This document shows, one piece after another, positions 1 to 12,000 of a stretch of 64,000 bases of DNA. The notes below the pieces were generated by a model, which was not told where the DNA came from, did no database searches, and saw nothing but the letters and a program-made list of their open reading frames with translations. Origin of the DNA: Monocercomonoides exilis PA203 (taxonomy: Eukaryota; Protista; Preaxostyla); the NCBI GenBank assembly GCA_001643675.2, contig LSRY02000010.1, forward strand, positions 1,364,001 to 1,428,000, in the 5' to 3' direction. A program made the translations under genes and the position numbers. The first letter of the stretch is position 1. Each line of letters begins with the position of its first letter.

Positions 1-2517
1 TCTTCTCCTTCTGCTTCATTGGATTCTACTTCTGATGCTTCCACACTCACCAGCCAAGATTCCTCATTAACTGAATCTCTCTCTGAAGAAGAAGAAGAGG
101 AAGAGGAAGAAGACGATGATGGCAATACACTCACTGGAGATAATCCTTTTTATAACAACAACAACAACAAGTTCATTAACATCTCCAGAAATGGACAACT
201 TGTGAAAAGAAATGGTAGTAACTCATTCTATACTTCTTCTTCTTCTTCTTCTTCTGGCTTTGTTTCTCCATCTTCAACTTCATCATCATCATCTCCTTCT
301 TCTGCTTCTGCTTCTGCTTCTGCTTCATCTGCATCAGAAATGAACACTTTTGAAGAGAACAAGAACAATCGTCAACTTTCTTCACCAGAAGAAGCACGCT
401 TACGAATGAAAGAGTTACTACGTCCATCTCCTTTGAACATCAAACATCTTTCTTCCTCTTCCTCTTTCTTTTCTTCTTCCTCCTCCTCATCCTCTTCTTC
501 CTTCTCTTCTTCTTCTTCTTCTTCTTCATCTTCATCTTCTCCTCTCCCAAACTCAGCCATTTCTTCTGTCTCTTCTTCTGTTGCTGAAGCCATTCGTCTC
601 ATTCCCACATATGCACTCCAATCAATAGACTCTGCCAGTCCAAACGGAACTTTCATTGAAAAGACTTCTTCAAAGGCATTTGATGAACATCTCATGAATC
701 CGATGGAAGATGTTCCAATTTTGTGTGTGTTTACGCCTTCTCCTTATGCTCAAAATACGTTTTCGCTTCCGCCTCCTCATCTTTCTTCTCGTCCTTCTCA
801 TCCTTCTCATTCTCGTCTGTCTAATTCAAACAGAAAATTTTCTCCAATCGGTCAGCCAATCACAGTTGCACAAGAGGAGGAACTGATGAAATTGAATGGC
901 ATTTCTTCATCAAATGCAAAAGGATCTTATTCTTTCTCTGTTAACACTCAATTCAGATATTGCAAGTCACCTTCTGGTTCTCCTCCTCCTTCCCCTGAAA
1001 CACACAACCTATCTGCTTCTGAGACTGCCTTTCCAGAAAATAAAACAAACAATTTGTTTCCATCATCATCATCTTCTTCTTCATCTTCATCGTCTTCTTT
1101 CTCATCATCTCCATTATCAACCTTATCTTCTCTTTCACCTACACCTTCTCTTTCACCTTCTTCCTCTTCCTCATCCTCTTCCTTTTCTCCTTCATCACCA
1201 TCCGACCGCAAGAAGATCATAGCTCGCTCTCTCAGAACATCTGCCTTTCCAGCCATCCCATCAGTCACCACACACAACTTTCCTGGCTCTTTCACATATT
1301 TTTCATCCGATTCTCATTCTCCTCTTTTGCTTCCTGTTGTTTCCCGCAAACATTCCAAAGGAAATCGAAATCTGCCTTCTCATCTGTCATCACACACTCT
1401 TTCTGATGTGCTCCTTCACAACACACCAACATCAAATGCTTCTTCTCGTTCAACTTCTTTTTCTTTGTCTGATTCTTCCTCTTCCTCTGCCTCTTCCCCT
1501 TCCCCTTCCCCTTCCTCTTCCTCTTCCTCTGCATATGCTTATACTTCTTCTTCCTCTCAATTTGTGAATGACGAGCCATCTTCTCTGCCTCCTTCTCTTC
1601 CTCCTGTTCCCCCATCCTATTTGAAGATTCCTTCCCACTTTCACTTTAGCTCTAACCCTTCCTCTTTTTCTTCCTCTTCTCCTTCTCCTTCTTCATCTAC
1701 ACCTGTTTCTTCTTCCACACCAGCATCTTCTTCTGCTTCTGCTTCAGCTTCTGGCTCTTCTTCTGCAAATGCAACTAATCCAATTGTCAAGCCTTTCTCG
1801 GCATTGATTGCTCAGAACTCTTCCGCACACACTCCACTTCCTCCTCCTCCTCCTCCTCATTCTTCTTCTTCTTTATCCTCTTCTTCTTTATTGTCTTCTC
1901 CACTTTCTTTCCATTCTCTTTCGCCTTCTGTCTCTTCTTCTCCTCAGCTGTCGTCACTTCTTGACTTAAGCTGCTTAGATAACCTGTCCTTCATTGAAGA
2001 AGAACTCGAAGAAAGAAATGACTCAACACCAAATTTGACAGTCGATTCACATCTTCTGCCACTTGTTTCTCAGTCTTCAAAGATTTTGACTTCTTCTAAT
2101 CTTTTATTATCACAATCTGATGTCAGATTACAAAACCCTTCTTCTTCTTCTTCATTATCACCTTCATCATCATCATCATCTTCTTCTTCTTCAACTCTTC
2201 AATATTCAACTGACCGCTCCTCAAATGGTGACCAAGCCAACAACATTTCAGCACAAGAGCAGGAAGGAGCAGCTATTTACAATTTATCCAATGAAATTAG
2301 AGATGAATCACAAAGTCAATTCAACGGAAATGAAACAATCACAGCAAGTGCAGGTGAACATGAGAATGAAGAAAACGGAGCGAGAGTGTATGAAGTTCAT
2401 TATGATAATGTTCCAGATGATAAATATGTGAACGGGAATAAAAGAATGAATGAACAAAAGTCCACACGAAAAGTTGAATCTGTGCGTGAGAATGGATGTG
2501 GATGCACTATTTTGTAG
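1..2517 (+). CDS. Ser/Pro-rich low-complexity protein, 5'-partial, ending in a CaaX prenylation motif (GCGCTIL*)
   Basis: Frame is open from base 1 to TAG at 2515-2517. Poly-Ser tracts dominate. The C-terminus CTIL is preceded by a second Cys and basic residues. No folded domain recognised in the visible part. Confidence 0.8.
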   Translation, partial: SSPSASLDSTSDASTLTSQDSSLTESLSEEEEEEEEEDDDGNTLTGDNPFYNNNNNKFINISRNGQLVKRNGSNSFYTSSSSSSSGFVSPSSTSSSSSPSSASASASASSASEMNTFEENKNNRQLSSPEEARLRMKELLRPSPLNIKHLSSSSSFFSSSSSSSSSSFSSSSSSSSSSSSPLPNSAISSVSSSVAEAIRLIPTYALQSIDSASPNGTFIEKTSSKAFDEHLMNPMEDVPILCVFTPSPYAQNTFSLPPPHLSSRPSHPSHSRLSNSNRKFSPIGQPITVAQEEELMKLNGISSSNAKGSYSFSVNTQFRYCKSPSGSPPPSPETHNLSASETAFPENKTNNLFPSSSSSSSSSSSSFSSSPLSTLSSLSPTPSLSPSSSSSSSSFSPSSPSDRKKIIARSLRTSAFPAIPSVTTHNFPGSFTYFSSDSHSPLLLPVVSRKHSKGNRNLPSHLSSHTLSDVLLHNTPTSNASSRSTSFSLSDSSSSSASSPSPSPSSSSSSAYAYTSSSSQFVNDEPSSLPPSLPPVPPSYLKIPSHFHFSSNPSSFSSSSPSPSSSTPVSSSTPASSSASASASGSSSANATNPIVKPFSALIAQNSSAHTPLPPPPPPHSSSSLSSSSLLSSPLSFHSLSPSVSSSPQLSSLLDLSCLDNLSFIEEELEERNDSTPNLTVDSHLLPLVSQSSKILTSSNLLLSQSDVRLQNPSSSSSLSPSSSSSSSSSSTLQYSTDRSSNGDQANNISAQEQEGAAIYNLSNEIRDESQSQFNGNETITASAGEHENEENGARVYEVHYDNVPDDKYVNGNKRMNEQKSTRKVESVRENGCGCTIL

Positions 2518-3900
2518 TTTTATAAAGAATTTTTATTTATGAAAAACATATTTAAAAAATTTATTGCTTTTTTTTGTTGTTATCAACTGAACCTTTTCAT
2601 TATTATACTTGCATCCTCAAACTATCATAGATTTTTGTGAAATTATTCTGTAAAAGCATACATCGCTTTGATAGGTTTCATATTATATTTTTTTTATCTC
2701 TGCCTTGCTAAATGAATCTTCAAGAGAAGAACATTTCCAAGACTTTGGTATTTTTTCAAAGAACTATTCTTTTTATAAAAAAAATTTTTTTTGATTATTT
2801 CGTTATCATTTGCTGTTCTATTTTTTTTATTATCTAATCTCACTAACACATAATTATATTGAATCATCAATTAGTTTCATTAAATCTGTTTTATGGCGTC
2901 TTTAATAATATTTTTAGATAGGCGTTCTCTTCGTTTCATTCAGTTTTTTATATATTGTCTTTTATTTTCAGAAAAAAGATTGGTATGCATTTTATGATTT
3001 TATTATTCAACAGTTTTGCTGTGTTTTCGGTTGTAATAAATTCGACTTGTTTTTATCAGACTTCGCATCGAACAAACATTCCATTTTTACACAACAGTGA
3101 TCTGTTTTTTCTTTCTGTCAATTTTTTCTCTTATTTTATATGTGATTTGTTTTGATTTTTTAACCCTCTTATTCTATTGAATTCACACTTTTGATAGTTT
3201 TTTTCGTTTAATTTGTTTGTTTTTGCTTTATTTTTTTTCATCTTTCCGTTTATCATTTCTTTCATCCGAGTGTTTGACGCTTTTTGGTTTTGATTTCAAA
3301 GATATTCTACTTTAATTGAAGCAGATATTTAATCTGCTTCATTGTCAGCGTACTTTTCGTAGTTGTTACTCTTATGTCCGTTTATAAAAACGTTTATGTC
3401 TAATCCTTTTTTTTTTTTTACGTTTCCCCACATTTTTTGATCAAACATTTGGATTTTATTTTTGTCTTTTTGAATTCTCCATCTTCGCTTCCATGTTTTT
3501 TTGGTTTCGTCCAATTTAATTTTGTATCCAAATGGAGAAAAATAGAAGATTTGAAAAGAAAATAACTTTCTGTTGAAAGGTTAAATAGAAAAAATGAAAA
3601 ATGTTAAAATTGATAATACTCTACATGATGTGGAAAAAAAAACATTGGAATAAAGATACTTAAAAACACAAAATAGTGTTATCGAGCTTAAAACATTTTA
3701 CAAAAACAAAAATATCTTAACTTCAATTATATAATTAATTCTAACTTCTAATATAAACGTCATTTCCCAACTCAAATATCTAATAACGAGAAGAGTGATA
3801 AGAAGCATTAATAAAACAAAAAATGATTTTTCGAATGTTTGTATTAATAGGAATAAGAAGGTAATCGCAATCTTTGCAAAAGTTGCACTGATAATTTCCA

Positions 3901-5829
3901 TCAAAGCAAAAGCTGCCCGTACTCCGCATAAACAGCTCTTCCATCAGATTCCATAATTGTACTTGTCTTTTTACGCTTGTTTATTTCCTCATATTGCTGC
4001 ATTGCCATCACCTGCATTGCCAAGTCATCTTGAGGATCAATCCGTTCTCTTTCTCTGATGGAACCTGAAGATGCAGTTGATACGCTCCTGCTTTCACTCA
4101 AACCATTGAGACAGCATGCTGCCACCAACAAAAATACTATCAGAACACCAATAAAAACGCAGATAACTCCATCTGCAACGCCCGTTGATTTGAGAACGTT
4201 TTCAAGATAAGCTGTTGTCTGGTTACTTAATGAAGAGAATAGAATATCTGTTGTGATATCAACACAATCACAGCTTGGAAGTTCAATGTAATCAGGAGCA
4301 TCAGATAAAGGTGAATGATTCAAGAAGAGACCGTTGCGAAGATCTGTTTGAGAAGAAAAGCCAATAAAACGAAAATTCAACGGCGGAGGAGACTGAAATG
4401 AATGAGATGATAAGAAATGAAGAAATGAATCTGCTTCAGCATATGTTGAAGGATTAACACTGATTGATGCATCAAACACTTCACTTTTCGGAGAGAAAAT
4501 CGATGAACTATTTGTAGTATTGCAATTACGAATAGCTCCATATTCGCAAAGTTCTTTTTTCATTTCGATGAGTAAATTATTGCAGAATTCTTCTTCTTTT
4601 TTCTCTTTGGCTTGCTTCAAACATAATTCACTTGAAGATTCAACCCATGAATTCCACAATCCGCCTCCAATAAGAAACAAAACAATGACTACCCCAGTGC
4701 ATATCAAAAGTGAAATACATAATGATACACAATATACACTGTCCATGCACGGCTGATTGAAACAACATCCGGAATCTTCTGCGGAGCCTTGACGGTCATT
4801 CTTTCTCCCCTTTTCTTTTCTCATTTCTATCTCACGTCTCTTTCGCGAGCGTTCATATTCTCTGGTGCGATGGCTCCTTCTGTGCTTCACTTTCCTTTTT
4901 TCTGAATTCTCTTTTTCTTCTGTATTTTCTGAGAAGCAACAGCTCGCAATAAGTCCAATTAGTCCAAACAGAATAATGATTGAACCAAATAGAATTCCAA
5001 TTAGAAAAAATTCTGATGGGATAAATAACAACTTATTCATTCCACCAATAATGTACGCATCCACAAAAATTCCAGCAATAACTAAAATTAATGCGCCTAT
5101 TGAGTTTAATGTCTAAAAAACAAAATTTGTAAAAGAAACTATTCATTGATTCAAAAAAAAGGATACAAACAATAACAAAATTTTTCCAGCCCATTAAATT
5201 TCCGGATAGGATGAAGCCAATAGAATATATAACTCCGACCAAAAATATAAAAACTCCAATAATAGTTGCGTTAGAAATAAATAACATCAATGTTTCTCCA
5301 ATAGCCTGTGCATATTTTGGTAATGAATCAATCACATTTAAAAATTGTGCCCAATATCTCCCGATGAAAGTGTAAATAAAGTCTGGGGAAATGAAGCAAA
5401 CAGCTCCAATTATTATTAGCATAACTGTTCCAAGAAAACTAGAAAAGAAAAAAAGTCGAAGGCAAATGAGGCGATCATGTCTTTCTGTTTCATAATATCT
5501 ATGAGAAGATATTTATGGATAAGATTTACCACAAAGTTTAATTTTTAGAAAATATTTTGTTTTCAAACCCTGAGCCAAAGAGACCGAGAAATGAAAAACT
5601 CAATAAAAATAACCCAATAATGAGAACTGCTATCAACATCGAAGTCATTGAATGAACTCCAAGAAGATAGACAAAGGCAATACAAGAAAGTGCCATGCCA
5701 ACAAGAATGTAAAATATGTCGAATATCTTGTGACATGCAGCAAGGCACGGCGATGGATGATTATCCTCTAAATGATATATATAATTATTGGAACATAAAT
5801 TTAGAAAAGAAACCTGCACATAATCCCAT
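3901..5829 (-). CDS. Tandem (2x4TM) tetraspanin-like membrane protein, 4 exons
   Basis: ATG at 5829. Frame-preserving GT-AG introns at 5768-5813, 5499-5568 and 5113-5170 join ORFs 5538-5819, 5033-5422 and 3901-5064. Eight hydrophobic helices, juxtamembrane CC pairs, a large Cys-containing loop before the last TM, and a C-terminal YGQL motif. No canonical CCG. Confidence 0.7.
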
Positions 5830-6045
5830 CTATCGTGTTTGCTCTTTTTTTCTTTAGAAAATGAAAATTAATTTATGGTTAAACTCAAAAAAAAAAAAAA
5901 GTTAACCCTCGAATAAAAACTTCTAAAAAATGTATAAAAGCATATACAAAATTGTATAACTTTATAACAGCAAAAATAGATCTCCACTAAATATATCAAA
6001 AGTTAAAAATAAAAAAAAGTCAATTTAAAAATATAATCTGTTCAC

Positions 6046-9000
6046 TTAAGTTTTACTTAAAATCACGTATGATGAATAATCAAAATATGAAGAATTGTTA
6101 AACAGGTTACTAGAAGAATCTCGATCAATCTCAGTGCTTTGTTGCTGAAAAGGTCTTGTATGATGCCTCCTTGGCTTTTTCCCCCTTTCGTCTTGAATTT
6201 TGAAGATAAGAATAATTATCAATGCAACAGATAAAGAAACAACTCCAACTGAGCCGACTGCAATAAGCGCAATCATTCCAATGTCCAAGCGACTTCCAGG
6301 CTTGTCTGGCCCATCTGTTTTATTTCCAGCTATTATGTGTATTTCTGTTGCATCAGGATTCCATGTATGCCCGCCATCAGTTGTTATAAAAATAAACAAC
6401 CTTGGCGGAGGAGCAGAAGACAAAGGATGGAGATCCAAAGAAGGTGTCTCAAGAATGAAATGATCAGCAGAATTTGGATCTTTTCTGTGTGTCATAGAAA
6501 CAGTAAGGTTGCTAACAGGAGGCGCGGAAAGAATAGAAGACGAAGCTTCCTTAAACAAAGAAGGAAATGAAGAAGAACCTCTGAAAGAATTTGATTGAGA
6601 AGAATGTATACGCTTTGAACGAGAGAAAGATGATTGGTGAATTGAAGGTGAATAAGGGAATGAAGGTGAAGTGCTGTTTGTGTTTGACAAAGCAATCACA
6701 GGTTGAGCAGGACGTGAATTTGATAGAGATACATACATATATGGCGCAAACGGAAAGAGGTTATCTCCAGCGAAAGCGAGAGGAGGAAGATGTGGATATT
6801 TCCTTGTTGAGAATTGTGTTTCATTGGAGCGAATTTGTGTTGGCATTTTAATATGGCAACGAAAAGCTCCTGGCTCAAGTTTTGCGTTCTCAGAGCACAA
6901 ATTATCGCAGAGCATCATAAGTGAAGCAGTGAATGAAGACTTCACCAAAACTTTTGACCGATGGCATACCACATCAAGTGAAGTGCTGATTCCATCAACA
7001 GATTCTGTATTTGAATCCCAAATGAACTCCTCAGCAATAACGTCGACGCCACCATCAACGAAAATTGCAGCACCACGGGAACCATTCATAGTTACATTGC
7101 TCAAACTTAAATAGAATGTTTCTGGTTTTGGCTCATTATCGACGGATTTTTGTTTTTCAGAGGAAGAGAAAGAAATTGACTCGTTTGATTGATTCTTCAT
7201 AGAGACAGAAACCGATCCACCACAAGCTGAATCAATCCAATGAGAAAAATCTGATGTAGAATTATTTTTTGCAGCTGAAATATGACTATTGTGAGTCGAA
7301 AGCGGACTCATGAATTTTCCATTGCCATTCAATGAAATTTGATTTTGAGCATGACAGGCGTTGTTGAGGAAGACAGATATGTTGATGTTGTGTAAAAATT
7401 TGTAGGTTGAAGCGTCTGAGCGTGATGCCAGAAAATCATCAAATGCATCTCTAAAAACTAATTCATTATTGCTCTTTAGATATACGTATGAAATAGCTCC
7501 TCCATGCGCATATGCAAAGTTGTTTCGGAAAGTACAATTTTCAATTTTTACATTAATTGATTGCCAATCTAGTTTATCGATTATTTCGGTCTCAAGATAG
7601 ATAGCTCCACCTTCTTGAGAAATGCAATCTGAAAAAGTGCATTTTTCAAAAGAAACGACTTTTGTACTCAAATTATCTGAGTTAAGATTTGACAAAAATG
7701 CGAATGCTCCTCCATATTTTTGCGCTGAACATGACGAAAATGAACAGTCAGAGAAACTTGAGCTCTCAATCGATGCTCCACCGCACAAAACCCCGCCTGA
7801 TTCTGCCTTAACATCATCGACAATAACATTACTCATTTCAAGTTTATCTGTATTTCTGATGTTTATCACACCGCAATTTTGTGAAGTTAAATGAGCCTTG
7901 AAACTTGTCGATGTCGTTTTGATCATTCCAAAAGTTGCCTGCTGAGCTCCATCGATATAAATAAAACTTCCTGTTTGCTCAGGCTCAACATCATCTGAGG
8001 ACAAACGCCCAGAAAATGAGCATCCGCAGACTGTGAGCGTAGATTTATGCTGTTCAGGCTCATTTTTTTGAGTCGAATCGAATTCATCAGAAGCTTCTCT
8101 TGTGTTAATGTGATTTGATGAATCTTCAGAATGAACGAAAATGCATCCTCCCATTTTCCCATGAACTGCCGAAAAAGTGATAGAATGAAGAGAAATATAT
8201 CCCAAGTTTTCTGTATGAATTCCTCCACATGGTGTATTAGAGGAATGCTTTTTAAATACAGTTGGTTCAACAACATCATTAACGTCTTTCGAGTGTATCG
8301 AAAGTCCCATAATTGAATCAACAAAAACAAATTCTCCAACCATCCTTGAATTTGGTTCTCTCATATTTTGAGCAGAATTTTTCCTTATCTGTAAATTGGA
8401 TAAGTCACATTCATTGAATTCATTCTCTTCATTTTCAAGATTTCCAACAAACGACCCTCCACTGATTTCCACCTTCTCTTTTTTATCAGCTCCATTTCCT
8501 CGAACTGCAATTGCGCATCCAACGTCTGCTTCACAGTGAGAGAATGTGTTTGAAATGCAGTCCAAAGAACGCGCAGCCCAAATTCCTCCTCCTTCACTCT
8601 TTGTATTTGTTTCTTTTCCTGTTGTATATATTCCAACTTTTTCATAAACAGTTGATGTTAGTCTTGATTTTTCATTTGGCATGCAAATGCACCTTTCAAA
8701 ATTCATCGTTTTTATTCGACTGCTCAAACTGTGCGTCTCGTCCGAACTTTTTGAAATAAAAACTCCACCTCCGCATCCACCGTTTTCAGTTCCGCAATTG
8801 GTAACAGAACAATCAGTCACACTTCCTTGTTCAATTATAACTGTAGTCACATTTGGACCAATCCAAATTGCTGCTCCTTCTGATGCAGAAAGAGATGAAA
8901 ACTTTGTGCAACTAATGCTGACATAGCTGACATCATTGACACACACGCCAGCACCATTAGTCAGAGTTGCACAATTACTTATTTGACAATATTTGTCCAA

Positions 9001-12000
9001 TTCATTGAATCCAGTTATTTGCAACTTTTTCAAATTTGAAAAATAGAGAAGAGGACCGTCATCAGTAGATTCAGAGCATTGATTAACTGAATTAGTTAAA
9101 GACGATGGGATAGTTGTTCCAGAAAAAGAGGATGAAATAATCTCACAATCATAGCTGAGATCATCATTTTTCTCACTAGCGATCCACACTGCAGCGCCTC
9201 TCTTTGCAACCGAACTCAAAATTTGACAATTTGATATCGTTATTGATCTCTTGCACCAAACTCCTCCTCCTTCACCTTTTATTGCTTTGCAATTTTTAAT
9301 GGATATTTTTTCACAAGCAACACGATCGCACACTTCGCTTGATTTTTCAATGAAAATAGCTCCTCCTCTTGAAGTGTTATCATCCAGTTGATCAATAAGA
9401 GAATTTTTTAATGTTTCGTTTTGATCAGAATGTTTATATAGTTCTTTACTTTCATTTACCGATGTGGGAGATGAAACGGAGCAAGAATCAATTGTTAATG
9501 ATGATAATTTAACATTTGTAACGAAAGATCCAATATATATTCCAGCTCCATTTATTCCCATGATTCCAGTGATAGTTGAGGAAATTACTTCCACCTCATT
9601 GACTTGATCAAAGCTCAGTGCCCCTCCGTATTTCATTTCACATCTGTGTTTCTTAAACTCGCTTTTCTCATTAATTGTGACTTTTTCCATTTGAGTGATT
9701 TGAATAAGAGGCCCAAAACGAACATTATCTTTTGTTGCTGTTGTGCCATCAAAATAAGATTGGCTAATTAGCACAGACTTTCCGTTCTTTGTTAAACCTC
9801 TATCGACATTTGCTTTCCCATTTTCAGAACTTCCAATGAACAAGCAACTTGCCTTCAATCCTCCAAGTGATGAAAATTTTGAATTGATGATTTTTACTTC
9901 ATTTACATCTTCGCATTGTAATCCTGCTGCTACACCAGAAGAAAAATGCGAAATAAAGCTTGTTGACTTTCCGGCAGATGCACTAAGTGACGTTGCGCTA
10001 TTTATTTCTAATTTCGAAGCCCCTCTAACAATAACAAGAGAAGTTGGAGACAGATCATCTTTAATGCATTCATTTTCCTTTAATTGGTTTATTAGCAGCC
10101 TATTTCCAGAGAAACTGCAACCAAGAAGCGCAACAGACAGATCTTGTTCAGCATCGAGAGGACAAATATAAGCAGAAAGAGCTTCATCTGCTTTCCCTCC
10201 ATCGAAGCTGCATTCCGTAAGTGTTGCATATCTCCATAAAAGAAGACCTCCTCCAGCTCCACTTTGCGCATTGCATCTAGTGAAATTCACATTCTTTATG
10301 TTAAGCTGTGCATTTTTTGCAAGTACTGCAGATTCAACGTTCATAATAGCAATTCCTCCTCCTCCTCTTTTATCATGATTTCCAAAAGAAGATTCAGAGG
10401 GGAATTGGCTACATGGATTTGCTTGCAGCCTTTCATCTTGCTTCATTTCTGAAAAAGCTGCAATTGAACATTCAGTTAGTTTCGAATTTGAGATGGTAAT
10501 ATCAACAGCCTTTTGCCCAACATATATTCCTCCTCCCTGATTAGCAGAAAGTGAAGAAAACGTACATTTATCAATATTTAATGTTCGAGGCCCGTCAACA
10601 TACAATCCTCCGCCATCTATGATTGTTATATGCTGCATAAAAGAGCATTCATTCGAAATTTTCAAGTTTGATCCAGAACAGATTTTTACTAAAGACCCAC
10701 AAGAAGTATCTAACAATGACAATGGAACATTGGCAACATTGCCTTTAAACGAGCAAGCTCTCATCTTTATTTCTTCTGTCAAAATTGCAAGTTGTCCATC
10801 ATCTTCAACAAACAAGCAGCATCCCTTTTCGCCACGAAGATGTTCGAATACTGTGGAAGACAGAGAAACAGACTTCACATTTTCAATCCACAAACCTCCA
10901 CAAGGAGATAATGAAAAATGATTCCGAAAAGAAGATGCAACACGAGCAGGTTCATCAGTTGAAATGTTATGAAAATCTTTCAAAGCTAATTCAAATTCTT
11001 TCGGTCCCATGGGACAGTTTGAAATGGTTGCTTGCGAAAATTCTTTTACAATCAGATTATTTAATCCAGAAACAAATACTAAAGACGAACTCATTTGTGT
11101 TTCTTTCCCATCTCCTTCGAAAGTACATCCAAAGATCTTCACATCTATTTTTTTGGTTGCAACAGTATTAATGACGCTCATGGCACATCCTCGCTGAGCT
11201 ACTCCTCCGGAAAATGTGCAGCATTCTAATAGAACTATTCCATTTGCCCATAAACACCCTCCATTTCCATTCAAAGAACGACATTGCACAAATCTGCATT
11301 TTCTTAAAGTTAAGAAGTTATCTGCATCATCATTCAAAATAGGTGATTTTTCTTCAGTTTCAATTGAATCGAAAGAAGATAGAAAGCAAATTCCTCCTCC
11401 GTTTCCTGTGGATGCTGAACATTCGATGAATGAAGAATCTTCTATCAAAATTGACTTGCGCTTATCGTTTATGCTCATAGCACCACCGTTATTTCCAACA
11501 ACATTTTCCATCTTTATTCCATTTATTTGGATGCTTTCAACTCCTTCAAGAAGTAAACCACCACTCGTTTTTGTTCCATAAGTATCTCTAAATTCTGTCT
11601 TTTTCGCAGAAGTGTCGCTATTTTTGATCACGAGACATTTAGCACTAGAAATATCAACGAGTGATCCGAGAACTTGATCATCAGAAATTTTCTTTTTGAT
11701 TTCACAAAGAAATTCTGGAAAATCTTCTATAGAAGTTGAAATCTGCTTTACACTTTTCAATCCAACAAATGAGCATCCTTCAATATGCATTACAGAACCA
11801 TCTTGCTCCGTAAATTCTGCGCACAAATGGGCTCCTTTTGGAGCTTTTCCCCTGAGGAATTCACATTCAACAAAACTTATTGATCGTTGAATGAAACAAC
11901 ATCCGCCCTTTTGCAAAGACGTGCAATCTTGAAATTTTGAATTTCTCAAACAAATTTTAACTTCATTTTCGTTTATCTTTATCGATTCCAAATATATCGC

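Noticed and set aside
2760-3540. Short ORFs and slightly mixed sequence between the first two genes
   Set aside because: No recognisable motif or consistent exon structure. It may be an old remnant but I cannot support a call.
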